Shown here in pieces: positions 12,301 through 25,480 of a stretch of 64,000 bases of DNA. Source of the stretch: Eledone cirrhosa (lineage: Eukaryota); assembly GCA_964016885.1 (NCBI GenBank), contig OZ024744.1, positions 119,908,001-119,972,000 on the forward strand, written 5' to 3'. The position numbers were made by a program, and so were the translations under genes. Numbering within the stretch: position 1 is the stretch's first letter; each line of letters begins with the position of its first letter. The notes below the pieces were generated by a model. That model saw only the letters and a list, made by a program, of their open reading frames with translations. It was not told the origin of the DNA and searched no databases.

Positions 12301-15300
12301 TAACCACATGTCTGTAGTATCAGAGCTGTATGCTCTCAATTCAGAGATTCTTTCCTGAGACATTCTAACCACATGTCATAGTATCGGAGCTGTGATCTCT
12401 CAATTCAGAGATTCTTTCCTGAGATATTCTAACCACATGTCATAGTTACAGAGCTGTGATCTCTCTATTCAGAGATTCTTTCTTGAGACATTCTAACCAC
12501 ATGTCATAGGATCAGAGTTGTGATCTCTCAATTCAGAGATTCTTTCCTGAGATATTCTAACCACATGTCATAGTATTAGAGCTGTGATCTCTCAATTCCG
12601 AGATTCTTTCCTGAGACATTCTAACCACATGTCTGTAGTATCAGAGCTGTGATCTCTCAATTCAGATATTCTTTCCTGAGACATTCTAACCACATGTCAT
12701 AGGATCAGAGTTGTGATCTCTCAATTCAGAGATTCTTTCCTGAGATATTCTAACCACATGTCATAGTATTAGAGCTGTGATCTCTCAATTCCGAGATTCT
12801 TTCCTGAGACATTCTAACCACATGTCTGTAGTATCAGAGCTGTATGCTCTCAATTCAGAGATTCTTTCCAGAGACATTCTAACCACATGTCATAGTATCG
12901 GAGCTGTGATCTCTCAATTCAGAGATTCTTTCCTGAGACATTCTAACCACATGTCATAGTATCAGAGCTGTGATATCTCAATTCAGAGATTCTTTCCTGA
13001 CACATTCTAACCACAAGTCATAGTATCAGAGCTGTGATCTCTCAATTTAGATATTCTTTCGTGAGATATTCTAACCACATGTCATAGTATTAGAGCTGTG
13101 ATCTCTCAATTCAGAGATTCTTTCCTGAGACTTTCTAACCACATGTCTGTAGTATCAGAGCTGTATGCTCTCAATTCAGAGATTCTTTCCAGAGACATTC
13201 TAACCCCATGTCATAGTATCAGAGCTGTCATCTCTCAATTCAGAGATTCTTTCCTGAGACATTCTAACCACATGTCATAGTATCAGAGCTGTGATATCTC
13301 AATTCAGAGATTCTTTCCTGACACATTCTAGCCACATGTCATAGTATCAGAGCTGTGATCTCTCAATTTAGATATTCTTTCCTGAGATATTCTAACCACA
13401 TGTCATAGTATTAGAGCTGTGATCCCTCAATTCAGAGATTCTTTCCTGAGACATTCTAACCACATGTCTGTAGTATCAGAGCTGTATGCTCTCAATTCAG
13501 AGATTCTTTCCTGAGACATTCTAACCACATGTCATAGTATCGGAGCTGTGATCTCTCAATTCAGAGATTCTTTCCTGAGATATTCTAACCACATATCATA
13601 GTATCAGAGCTGTGATATCTCAATTCAGAGATTCTTTCCTGAGATATTCTAACCACATGTCATAGTTACAGAGCTGTGATCTCTCTATTCAGAGATTCTT
13701 TCTTGAGACATTCTAACTCCATGTCCACAGTATCAGAGCTGTGATCTCTCAATTTAGAGATTCTTTCCTGAGATATTCTAACTACATGTCATAGTATCAG
13801 AGCTGTGATCTCTCAATTTAGATATTCTTTCGTGAGATATTCTAACCACATGTCATAGTATTAGAGCTGTGATCTCTCAATTCAGAGATTCTTTCCTGAG
13901 ACTTTCTAACCACATGTCTGTAGTATCAGAGCTGTATGCTCTCAATTCAGAGATTCTTTCCAGAGACATTCTAACCACATGTCATAGTATCGGAACTGTG
14001 ATCTCTCAATTCAGAGATTCTTTCCTGAGACATTCTAACCACATGTCATAGTATCAGAGCTGTGATATCTCAATTCAGAGATTCTTTCCTGACACATTCT
14101 AGCCACATGTCATAGTATCAGAGCTGTGATCTCTCAATTTAGATATTCTTTCCTGAGATATTCTAACCACATGTCATAGTATTAGAGCTGTGATCCCTCA
14201 ATTCAGAGATTCTTTCCTGAGACATTCTAACCACATGTCTGTAGTATCAGAGCTGTATGCTCTCAATTCAGAGATTCTTTCCTGAGACATTCTAACCACA
14301 TGTCATAGTATCGGAGCTGTGATCTCTCAATTCAGAGATTCTTTCCTGAGATATTCTAACCACATATCATAGTATCAGAGCTGTGATATCTCAATTCAGA
14401 GATTCTTTCCTGAGATATTCTAACTACATGTCATAGTTACAGAGCTGTGATCTCTCTATTCAGAGATTCTTTCTTGAGACATTCTAACTCCATGTCCACA
14501 GTATCAGAGCTGTGATCTCTCAATTTAGAGATTCTTTCCTGAGATATTCTAACTACATGTCATAGTATCAGAGCTGTGATCTCTCAATTTAGAAGTTCTT
14601 TCAAGAGATATTCTAACCACATGTCATAGTATCAGAGCTGTGATCTCTCAATTTAGAGATTCTTTCCTGAGATATTCTAACCACATGCCATAGTATTAGA
14701 GATGTGATCTCTCAATTCAGAGATTCTTTCCTGAGACATTCTAACCACATGTCATAGTATCTGAGCTGTTATCTCTCAATTCAGAGATTCTTTCCTGAGA
14801 CATTCTAACCACATGTCATAGGATCAGAGTTGTGATCTCTCAATTCAGAGATTCTTTCCTGAGATATTCTAACCACATGTCATAGTATTAGAGCTGTGAT
14901 CTCTCAATTCCGAGATTCTTTCCTGAGACATTCTAACCACATGTCTGTAGTATCAGAGCTGTATGCTCTCAATTCAGAGATTCTTTCCAGAGACATTCTA
15001 ACCACATGTCATAGTATCGGAGCTGTGATCTCTCAATTCAGAGATTCTTTCCTGAGACATTCTAACCACATGTCATAGTATCAGAGCTGTGATATCTCAA
15101 TTCAGAGATTCTTTCCTGACACATTCTAACCACAAGTCATAGTATCAGAGCTGTGATCTCTCAATTTAGATATTCTTTCGTGAGATATTCTAACCACATG
15201 TCATAGTATTAGAGCTGTGATCTCTCAATTCAGAGATTCTTTCCTGAGACTTTCTAACCACATGTCTGTAGTATCAGAGCTGTATGCTCTCAATTCAGAG

Positions 15301-15771
15301 ATTCTTTCCAGAGACATTCTAACCACATGTCATAGTATCGGAGCTGTGATCTGTCAATTCAGAGATTCTTTCCTGAGACATTCTAACCACATGTCATAGT
15401 ATCAGAGCTGTGATATCTCAATTCAGAGATTCTTTCCTGACACATTCTAGCCACATGTCATAGTATCAGAGCTGTGATCTCTCAATTTAGATATTCTTTC
15501 CTGAGATATTCTAACCACATGTCATAGTATTAGAGCTGTGATCTCTCAATTCAGAGATTCTTTCCTGAGACATTCTAACCACATGTCTGTAGTATCAGAG
15601 CTGTATGCTCTCAATTCAGAGATTCTTTCCTGAGACATTCTAACCACATGTCATAGTATCGGAGCTGTGATCTCTCAATTCAGAGATTCTTTCCTGAGAT
15701 ATTCTAACCACATGTCATAGTTACAGAGCTGTGATCTCTCTATTCAGAGATTCTTTCTTGAGACATTCTAA
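9365..15771. repeat. Recent tandem duplication, period 3,275 bp (51 monomers)
   Basis: Five ORF-marker pairs share offset 3275 (9502/12777, 9823/13098, 10594/13869, 11621/14896, 11942/15217). Rare variants AACCCCATG, GCTGTCATC and GATCTGTC are shared. Confidence 0.92.
9823..11300. repeat. 12-monomer (771 bp) local duplication
   Basis: Offset 771 between ORF starts 9823/10594 and 13098/13869, between GTTACAG markers at 10390/11161, and between the CGGAACTGTG monomers starting at 1 and 772. Confidence 0.85.
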
Positions 15772-18700
15772 CTCCATGTCCACAGTATCAGAGCTGTGAT
15801 CTCTCAATTTAGAGATTCTTTCCTGAGATATTCTAACTACATGTCATAGTATCAGAGCTGTGATCTCTCAATTTAGAGATTCTTTCAAGAGATATTCTAA
15901 CCACATGTCATAGTATCAGAGCTGTGATCTCTCAATTCAGAGATTCTTTCCTGAGACATTCTAACCACATGTAATAGTATTAGATCTGTGATCTCTCAAT
16001 TTAGAGATTCTTTCCTGAGACATTCTAACTCCATGTCCACAGTATCAGAGCTGTGATCTCTCAATTTAGAGATTCTTTCCTGAGATATTCTAACCACATG
16101 CCATAGTATTAGAGATGTGATCTCTCAATTCAGAGATTCTTTCCTGAGACATTCTAACCACATGTCATAGTATCTGAGCTGTTATCTCTCAATTCAGAGA
16201 TTCTTTCCTGAGACATTCTAACCACATGTCATAGTATCAGAGCTGTTATCTCTCAATTCAGAGATTCTTTCCTGAGACATTCTAACCACATGTAATAGTA
16301 TTAGATCTGTGATCTCTCAATTTAGAGATTCTTTCCTGAGATATTCTAACCACATGTCATAGTATCAGAGTTGTGATCTCTCAATTCAGAGATTCTTTCA
16401 TGGGATATAGAATATATCACATGTCATATTATCAGAGCTGTGATCTCTCAATTCAGAGATTCTTTCATGGGATATAGAATATATCACATGTCATATTATC
16501 GGAGCTGTGATCTCTCAATTCAGATATTCTTTCCTGAGATATTCTAACCCCATGTCATATTATCAGAGTTGTGATCTCTCAATTCAGTGATTCTTTCATG
16601 GGATATAGAATATATCACATGTCATATTATCAGAGCTGTGATCTCTCAATTCAGAGATTCTTTCATGGGATATAGAATATATCACATGTCATATTATCAG
16701 AGCTGTGATCTCTCAATTCAGATATTCTTTCCTGAGATATTCTAACCACATGTCATATTATCAGAGTTGTGATCTCTCAATTCAGTGATTCTTTCCTGTG
16801 ATATTCTAACCAAATGTTATAGTATCAGATCTGTGATATCTCAATACAGAGATTCTTTCCTGAGACATTCTTACCACATGTCATAGTATCAGAGCTGTGA
16901 TCTCTCAATTTAGATATTCTTTCCTGAGATATTATAACCACATGTCATAGTATCAGAGCTGTGATCTCTCAATTCAGAGATTCTTTCCTGAGACATTCTA
17001 AGCTCGTCATAGTATCAGAGCTGTGATATCTCAATTCAGAGATTCTTTCCTGAGACATTCTAACCACATGTCATAGTATCAGAGCTGTGATCTCTCAATT
17101 TAGATATTCTTTCCTGAGATATTCTAACCACATGTCATAGTATTTGAGCTGTGATCTTTGAATTCAGAGATTCTTCCCTGAGACATTCTAATCACATGTC
17201 TGTAGTATCAGAGCTGTATGCTCTCAATTCAGAGATTCTTTCCAGAGACATTCTAACCACATGTCATAGTATCGGAGCTGCGATCTCTCAATTCAGAGAT
17301 TCTTTCCTGACACATTCTAACCACATGTCATAGTATCAGAGCTGTGATATCTCAATTCAGAGTTTCTTTCCTGACACATTCTAGCCACATGTCATAGTAT
17401 CAGAGCTGTGATCTCTCAATTTAGATATTCTTTCCTGAGATATTCTAACCACATGTCATAGTATTAGAGCTGTGATCCCTCAATTCAGAGATTCTTTCCT
17501 GAGACATTCTAACCACATGTCTGTAGTATCAGAACTGTATGCTCTCAATTCAGAGATTCTTTCCTGAGACATTCTAACCACATGTCATAGTATCGGAACT
17601 GTGATCTCTCAATTCAGAGATTCTTTCCTGAGATATTCTAACCACATGTCATAGTATCAGAGCTGTGATATCTCAATTCAGAGATTCTTTCCTGAGATAT
17701 TCTAACCACATGTAATAGTATTAGATCTGTGATCTCTCAATTTAGAGATTCTTTCCTGAGATATTCTAACCACATACCATAGTATTAGAGATGTGATCTC
17801 TCAATTCAGAGATTCTTTCCTGAGACATTCTAACCACATGTCATAGTATCTGAGCTGTTATCTCTCAATTCAGAGATTCTTTCCTGAGACATTCTAACCA
17901 CATGGCATAGTATCAGAGCTGTGATATCTCAATTCAGAGATTCTTTCCTGAGATATTCTAACCACATGTCATAGTATCAGAGCTGTGATCTCTCAATTCA
18001 GATATTCTTTCCTGAGACATTCTAACCACATGTCATAGGATCAGATTTGTGATCTCTCAATTCAGAGATTCTTTCCTGAGATATTCTAACCACATGTCAT
18101 AGTATCAGAACTGTGACCTCTCAATTCAGAGATTCTTTCCTGAGACATTCTAACCACATGTCTGTAGTATCAGAGCTGTATGCTCTCAATTCAGAGATTC
18201 TTTCCTGAGACATTCTAACCACATGTCATAATATCAGAGCTGTTATCTCTCAATTCAGAGATTCTTTCCTGAGACATTCTAACCACATGGCATAGTATCA
18301 GAGCTGTGATATCTCAATTCAGAGATTCTTTCCTGAGATATTCTAACCACATGTCATAGTATCAGAGCTGTGATCTCTCAATTCAGATATTCTTTCCTGA
18401 GACATTCTAACCACATGTCATAGGATCAGAGTTGTGATCTCTCAATTCAGAGATTCTTTCCTGAGATATTCTAACCACATGTCATAGTATCAGAGCTGTG
18501 ATATCTCAATTCAGAGATTCTTTCCTGACACGTTCTAACCACATGTCATAGTATCAGAGCTGTGATCTCTCAATTTAGATATTCTTTCCTGAGATATTCT
18601 AACCACATGTCATAGTATCAGAGCTGTGATCTCTCAAGTCAGAGATTCTTTCCTGAGACATTCTAATCACATGTCTGTAGTATCAGAGCTGTATGCTCTC

Positions 18701-19679
18701 AATTCAGAGATTCTTTCTAGAGACATTCTAACCACATGTCATAGTATCGGAGCTGTGATCTCTCAATTCAGAGATTCTTTCCTGAGACATTCTAACCACA
18801 TGTCATAGTATCAGAGCTGTGATATCTCAATTCAGAGTTTCTTTCCTGACACATTCTAGCCACATGTCATAGTATCAGAGCTGTGATCTCTCAATTTAGA
18901 TATTCTTTCCTGAGATATTCTAATCACATGTCATAGTATTAGAGCTGTGATCCCTCAATTCAGAGATTCTTTCCTGAGACATTCTAACCACATGTCTGTA
19001 GTATCAGAGCTGTATGCTCTCAATTCAGAGATTCTTTCCTGAGACATTCTAACCACATGTCATAGTATCGGAGCTGTGATCTCTCAATTCAGAGATTCTT
19101 TCCTGAGATATTCTAACCACATGTCATAGTATCAGAGCTGTGATATCTCAATTCAGAGATTCTTTCCTGAGATATTCTAACCACATGTCATAGTTACAGA
19201 GCTGTGATCTCTCTATTCAGAGATTCTTTCTTGAGACATTCTAACTCCATGTCCACAGTATCAGAGCTGTGATCTCTCAATTTAGAGATTCTTTCCTGAG
19301 ATATTCTAACTACATGTCATAGTATCAGAGCTGTGATCTCTCAATTTAGAAGTTCTTTCAAGAGATATTCTAACCACATGTCATAGTATCAGAGCTGTGA
19401 TCTCTCAATTCAGAGATTCTTTCCTGAGACATTCTAACCACATGTAATATTATTAGATCTGTGATCTCTCAATTTAGAGATTCTTTCCTGAGACATTCTA
19501 AGTCTATGTCCACATTATCAGAGCTGTGATCTCTCAATTTAGAGATTCTTTCCTGAGATATTCTAACCACATGCCATAGTATTAGAGATGTGATCTCTCA
19601 ATTCAGAGATTCTTTCCTGAGACATTCTAACCACATGTTATAGTATCTGAGCTGTTATCTCTCAATTCAGAGATTCTTT

Positions 19680-22600
19680 CCTGAGACATTCTAACCACAT
19701 GGCATAGTATCAGAGCTGTGATATCTCAATTCAGAGATTCTTTCCTGAGATATTCTAACCACATGTCATAGTATCAGAGCTGTGATCTCTCAATTCAGAT
19801 ATTCTTTCCTGAGACATTCTAACCACATGTCATAGGATCAGACTTGTGATCTCTCAATTCAGAGATTCTTTCCTGAGATATTCTAACCACATGTCATAGT
19901 ATCAGAGCTGTGACCTCTCAATTCAGAGATTCTTTCCTGAGACATTCTAACCACATGTCTGTAGTATCAGAGCTGTATGCTCTCAATTCAGAGATTCTTT
20001 CCTGAGACATTCTAACCACATGTCATAATATCAGAGCTGTTATCTCTCAATTCAGAGATTCTTTCCTGAGACATTCTAACCACATGGCATAGTATCAGAG
20101 CTGTGATATCTCAATTCAGAGATTCTTTCCTGAGATATTCTAACCACATGTCATAGTAACAGAGCTGTGATCTCTCAATTCAGATATTCTTTCCTGAGAC
20201 ATTCTAACCACATGTCATAGGATCAGAGTTGTGATCTCTCAATTCAGAGATTCTTTCCTGAGATATTCTAACCACATGTCATAGTATTAGAGCTGTGATC
20301 TCTCAATTCCGAGATTCTTTCCTGAGACATTCTAACCACATGTCTGTAGTATCAGAGCTGTATGCTCTCAATTCAGAGATTCTTTCCAGAGACATTCTAA
20401 CCACATGTCATAGTATCGGAGCTGTGATCTCTCAATTCAGAGATTCTTTCCTGAGACATTCTAACCACATGTCATATTATCAGAGCTGTGATATCTCAAT
20501 TCAGAGATTCTTTCCTGACACATTCTAACCACAAGTCATAGTATCAGAGCTGTGATCTCTCAATTTAGATATTCTTTCGTGAGATATTCTAATCACATGT
20601 CATAGTATTAGAGCTGTGATCTCTCAATTCAGAGATTCTTTCCTGAGACATTCTAACCACATGTCTGTAGTATCAGAGCTGTATGCTCTCAATTCAGAGA
20701 TTCTTTCCAGAGACATTCTAACCACATGTCATTGTATCGGAGCTGTGATCTCTCAATTCAGAGATTCTTTCCTGAGACATTCTAACCACATGTCATAGTA
20801 TCAGAGCTGTGATATCTCAATTCAGAGATTCTTTCCTGACACATTCTAGCCACATGTCATAGTATCAGAGCTGTGATCTCTCAATTTAGATATTCTTTCC
20901 TGAGACATTCTAACCACATGTCTGTAGTATCAGAGCTGTATGCTCTCAATTCAGAAATTCTTTCCTGAGACATTCTAACCACATGTCATAGTATCGGAGC
21001 TGTGATCTCTCAATTCAGAGATTCTTTCCTGAGATATTCTAACCACATGTCATAGTTACAGAGCTGTGATCTCTCTATTCAGAGATTCTTTCTTGAGACA
21101 TTCTAACTCCATGTCCACAGTATCAGAGCTGTGATCTCTCAATTTAGAGATTCTTTCCTGAGATATTCTAACTACATGTCATAGTATCAGAGCTGTGATC
21201 TCTCAATTTAGAGATTCTTTCAAGAGATATTCTAACCACATGTCATAGTATCAGAGCTGTGATCTCTCAATTCAGAGATTCTTTCCTGAGACATTCTAAC
21301 CACATGTAATAGTATTAGATCTGTGATCTCTCAATTTAGAGATTCTTTCCTGAGACATTCTAACTCCATGTCCACAGTATCAGAGCTGTGATCTCTCAAT
21401 TTAGAGATTCTTTCCTGAGATATTCTAACCACATGCCATAGTATTAGAGATGTGATCTCTCAATTCAGAGATTCTTTCCTGAGACATTCTAACCACATGT
21501 CATAGTATCTGAGCTGTTATCTCTCAATTCAGAGATTCTTTCCTGAGACATTCTAACCACATGTCATAGTATCAGAGCTGTTATCTCTCAATTCAGAGAT
21601 TCTTTCCTGAGACATTCTAACCACATGTAATAGTATTAGATCTGTGATCTCTCAATTTAGAGATTCTTTCCTGAGATATTCTAACCACATGTCATAGTAT
21701 CAGAGTTGTGATCTCTCAATTCAGAGATTCTTTCATGGGATATAGAATATATCACATGTCATATTATCAGAGCTGTGATATCTCAATTCAGAGATTCTTT
21801 CATGGGATATAGAATATATCACATGTCATATTATCAGAGCTGTGATCTCTCAATTCAGATATTCTTTCCTGAGATATTCTAACCACATGTCATATTATCA
21901 GAGTTGTGATCTCTCAATTCAGTGATTCTTTCATGGGATATAGAATATATCACATGTCATATTATCAGAGCTGTGATCTCTCAATTCAGAGATTCTTTCA
22001 TGGGATATAGAATATATCACATGTCATATTATCAGAGCTGTGATCTCTCAATTCAGATATTCTTCTCCTGAGATATTCTAACCACATGTCATATTATCAG
22101 AGTTGTGATCTCTCAATTCAGTGATTCTTTCCTGAGATATTCTAACCAAATGTCATAGTATCAGATCTGTGATATCTCAATTCAGAGATTCTTTCCTGAG
22201 ACATTCTTACCACATGTCATAGTATCAGAGCTGTGATCTCTCAATTTAGATATTCTTTCCTGAGATATTATAACCACATGTCATAGTATCAGAGCTGTGA
22301 TCTCTCAATTCAGAGATTCTTTCCTGAGACATTCTAAGCTCGTTATAGTATCAGAGCTGTGATATCTCAATTCAGAGATTCTTTCCTGAGACATTCTAAC
22401 CACATGTCATAGTATCAGAGCTGTGATCTCTCAATTTAGATATTCTTTCCTGAGATATTCTAACCACATGTCATAGTATTTGAGCTGTGATCTTTGAATT
22501 CAGAGATTCTTCCCTGAGACATTCTAATCACATGTCTGTAGTATCAGAGCTGTATGCTCTCAATTCAGAGATTCTTTCCAGAGACATTCTAACCACATGG

Positions 22601-25480
22601 CATAGTATCAGAGCTGTGATATCTCAATTCAGAGATTCTTTCCTGAGATATTCTAACCACATGTCATAGTATCAGAGCTGTGATCTCTCAATTCAGATAT
22701 TCTTTCCTGAGACATTCTAACCACATGTCATAGGATCAGACTTGTGATCTCTCAATTCAGAGATTCTTTCCTGAGATATTCTAACCACATGTCATAGTAT
22801 CAGAGCTGTGACCTCTCAATTCAGAGATTCTTTCCTGAGACATTCTAACCACATGTCTGTAGTATCAGAGCTGTATGCTCTCAATTCAGAGATTCTTTCC
22901 TGAGACATTCTAACCACATGTCATAATATCAGAGCTGTTATCTCTCAATTCAGAGATTCTTTCCTGAGACATTCTAACCACATGGCATAGTATCAGAGCT
23001 GTGATATCTCAATTCAGAGATTCTTTCCTGAGATATTCTAACCACATGTCATAGTAACAGAGCTGTGATCTCTCAATTCAGATATTCTTTCCTGAGACAT
23101 TCTAACCACATGTCATAGGATCAGAGTTGTGATCTCTCAATTCAGAGATTCTTTCCTGAGATATTCTAACCACATGTCATAGTATTAGAGCTGTGATCTC
23201 TCAATTCCGAGATTCTTTCCTGAGACATTCTAACCACATGTCTGTAGTATCAGAGCTGTATGCTCTCAATTCAGAGATTCTTTCCAGAGACATTCTAACC
23301 ACATGTCATAGTATCGGAGCTGTGATCTCTCAATTCAGAGATTCTTTCCTGAGACATTCTAACCACATGTCATATTATCAGAGCTGTGATATCTCAATTC
23401 AGAGATTCTTTCCTGACACATTCTAACCACAAGTCATAGTATCAGAGCTGTGATCTCTCAATTTAGATATTCTTTCGTGAGATATTCTAATCACATGTCA
23501 TAGTATTAGAGCTGTGATCTCTCAATTCAGAGATTCTTTCCTGAGACATTCTAACCACATGTCTGTAGTATCAGAGCTGTATGCTCTCAATTCAGAGATT
23601 CTTTCCAGAGACATTCTAACCACATGTCATTGTATCGGAGCTGTGATCTCTCAATTCAGAGATTCTTTCCTGAGACATTCTAACCACATGTCATAGTATC
23701 AGAGCTGTGATATCTCAATTCAGAGATTCTTTCCTGACACATTCTAGCCACATGTCATAGTATCAGAGCTGTGATCTCTCAATTTAGATATTCTTTCCTG
23801 AGATATTCTAACCACATGTCATAGTATTAGAGCTGTGATCTCTCAATTCAGAGATTCTTTCCTGAGACATTCTAACCACATGTCTGTAGTATCAGAGCTG
23901 TATGCTCTCAATTCAGAAATTCTTTCCTGAGACATTCTAACCACATGTCATAGTATCGGAGCTGTGATCTCTCAATTCAGAGATTCTTTCCTGAGATATT
24001 CTAACCACATGTCATAGTTACAGAGCTGTGATCTCTCTATTCAGAGATTCTTTCTTGAGACATTCTAACTCCATGTCCACAGTATCAGAGCTGTGATCTC
24101 TCAATTTAGAGATTCTTTCCTGAGATATTCTAACTACATGTCATAGTATCAGAGCTGTGATCTCTCAATTTAGAGATTCTTTCAAGAGATATTCTAACCA
24201 CATGTCATAGTATCAGAGCTGTGATCTCTCAATTCAGAGATTCTTTCCTGAGACATTCTAACCACATGTAATAGTATTAGATCTGTGATCTCTCAATTTA
24301 GAGATTCTTTCCTGAGACATTCTAACTCCATGTCCACAGTATCAGAGCTGTGATCTCTCAATTTAGAGATTCTTTCCTGAGATATTCTAACCACATGCCA
24401 TAGTATTAGAGATGTGATCTCTCAATTCAGAGATTCTTTCCTGAGACATTCTAACCACATGTCATAGTATCTGAGCTGTTATCTCTCAATTCAGAGATTC
24501 TTTCCTGAGACATTCTAACCACATGTCATAGTATCAGAGCTGTTATCTCTCAATTCAGAGATTCTTTCCTGAGACATTCTAACCACATGTAATAGTATTA
24601 GATCTGTGATCTCTCAATTTAGAGATTCTTTCCTGAGATATTCTAACCACATGTCATAGTATCAGAGTTGTGATCTCTCAATTCAGAGATTCTTTCATGG
24701 GATATAGAATATATCACATGTCATATTATCAGAGCTGTGATATCTCAATTCAGAGATTCTTTCATGGGATATAGAATATATCACATGTCATATTATCAGA
24801 GCTGTGATCTCTCAATTCAGATATTCTTTCCTGAGATATTCTAACCACATGTCATATTATCAGAGTTGTGATCTCTCAATTCAGTGATTCTTTCATGGGA
24901 TATAGAATATATCACATGTCATATTATCAGAGCTGTGATCTCTCAATTCAGAGATTCTTTCATGGGATATAGAATATATCACATGTCATATTATCAGAGC
25001 TGTGATCTCTCAATTCAGATATTCTTCTCCTGAGATATTCTAACCACATGTCATATTATCAGAGTTGTGATCTCTCAATTCAGTGATTCTTTCCTGAGAT
25101 ATTCTAACCAAATGTCATAGTATCAGATCTGTGATATCTCAATTCAGAGATTCTTTCCTGAGACATTCTTACCACATGTCATAGTATCAGAGCTGTGATC
25201 TCTCAATTTAGATATTCTTTCCTGAGACATTCTAAGCTCGTTATAGTATCAGAGCTGTGATATCTCAATTCAGAGATTCTTTCCTGAGACATTCTAACCA
25301 CATGTCATAGTATCAGAGCTGTGATCTCTCAATTTAGATATTCTTTCCTGAGATATTCTAACCACATGTCATAGTATTTGAGCTGTGATCTTTGAATTCA
25401 GAGATTCTTCCCTGAGACATTCTAATCACATGTCTGTAGTATCAGAGCTGTATGCTCTCAATTCAGAGATTCTTTCCAGA
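19680..25480. repeat. Recent tandem duplication, period about 2.9 kb (offset 2,898 bp; 2,962 bp in the middle)
   Basis: ORF pairs 20295/23193, 20616/23514 and 22487/25385 have offset 2898. The TCTTCTCC insertion at 22061/25023 has offset 2962. Private variants TAGTAAC, CATTGTATC and CAGAAATTC are shared. Confidence 0.9.
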
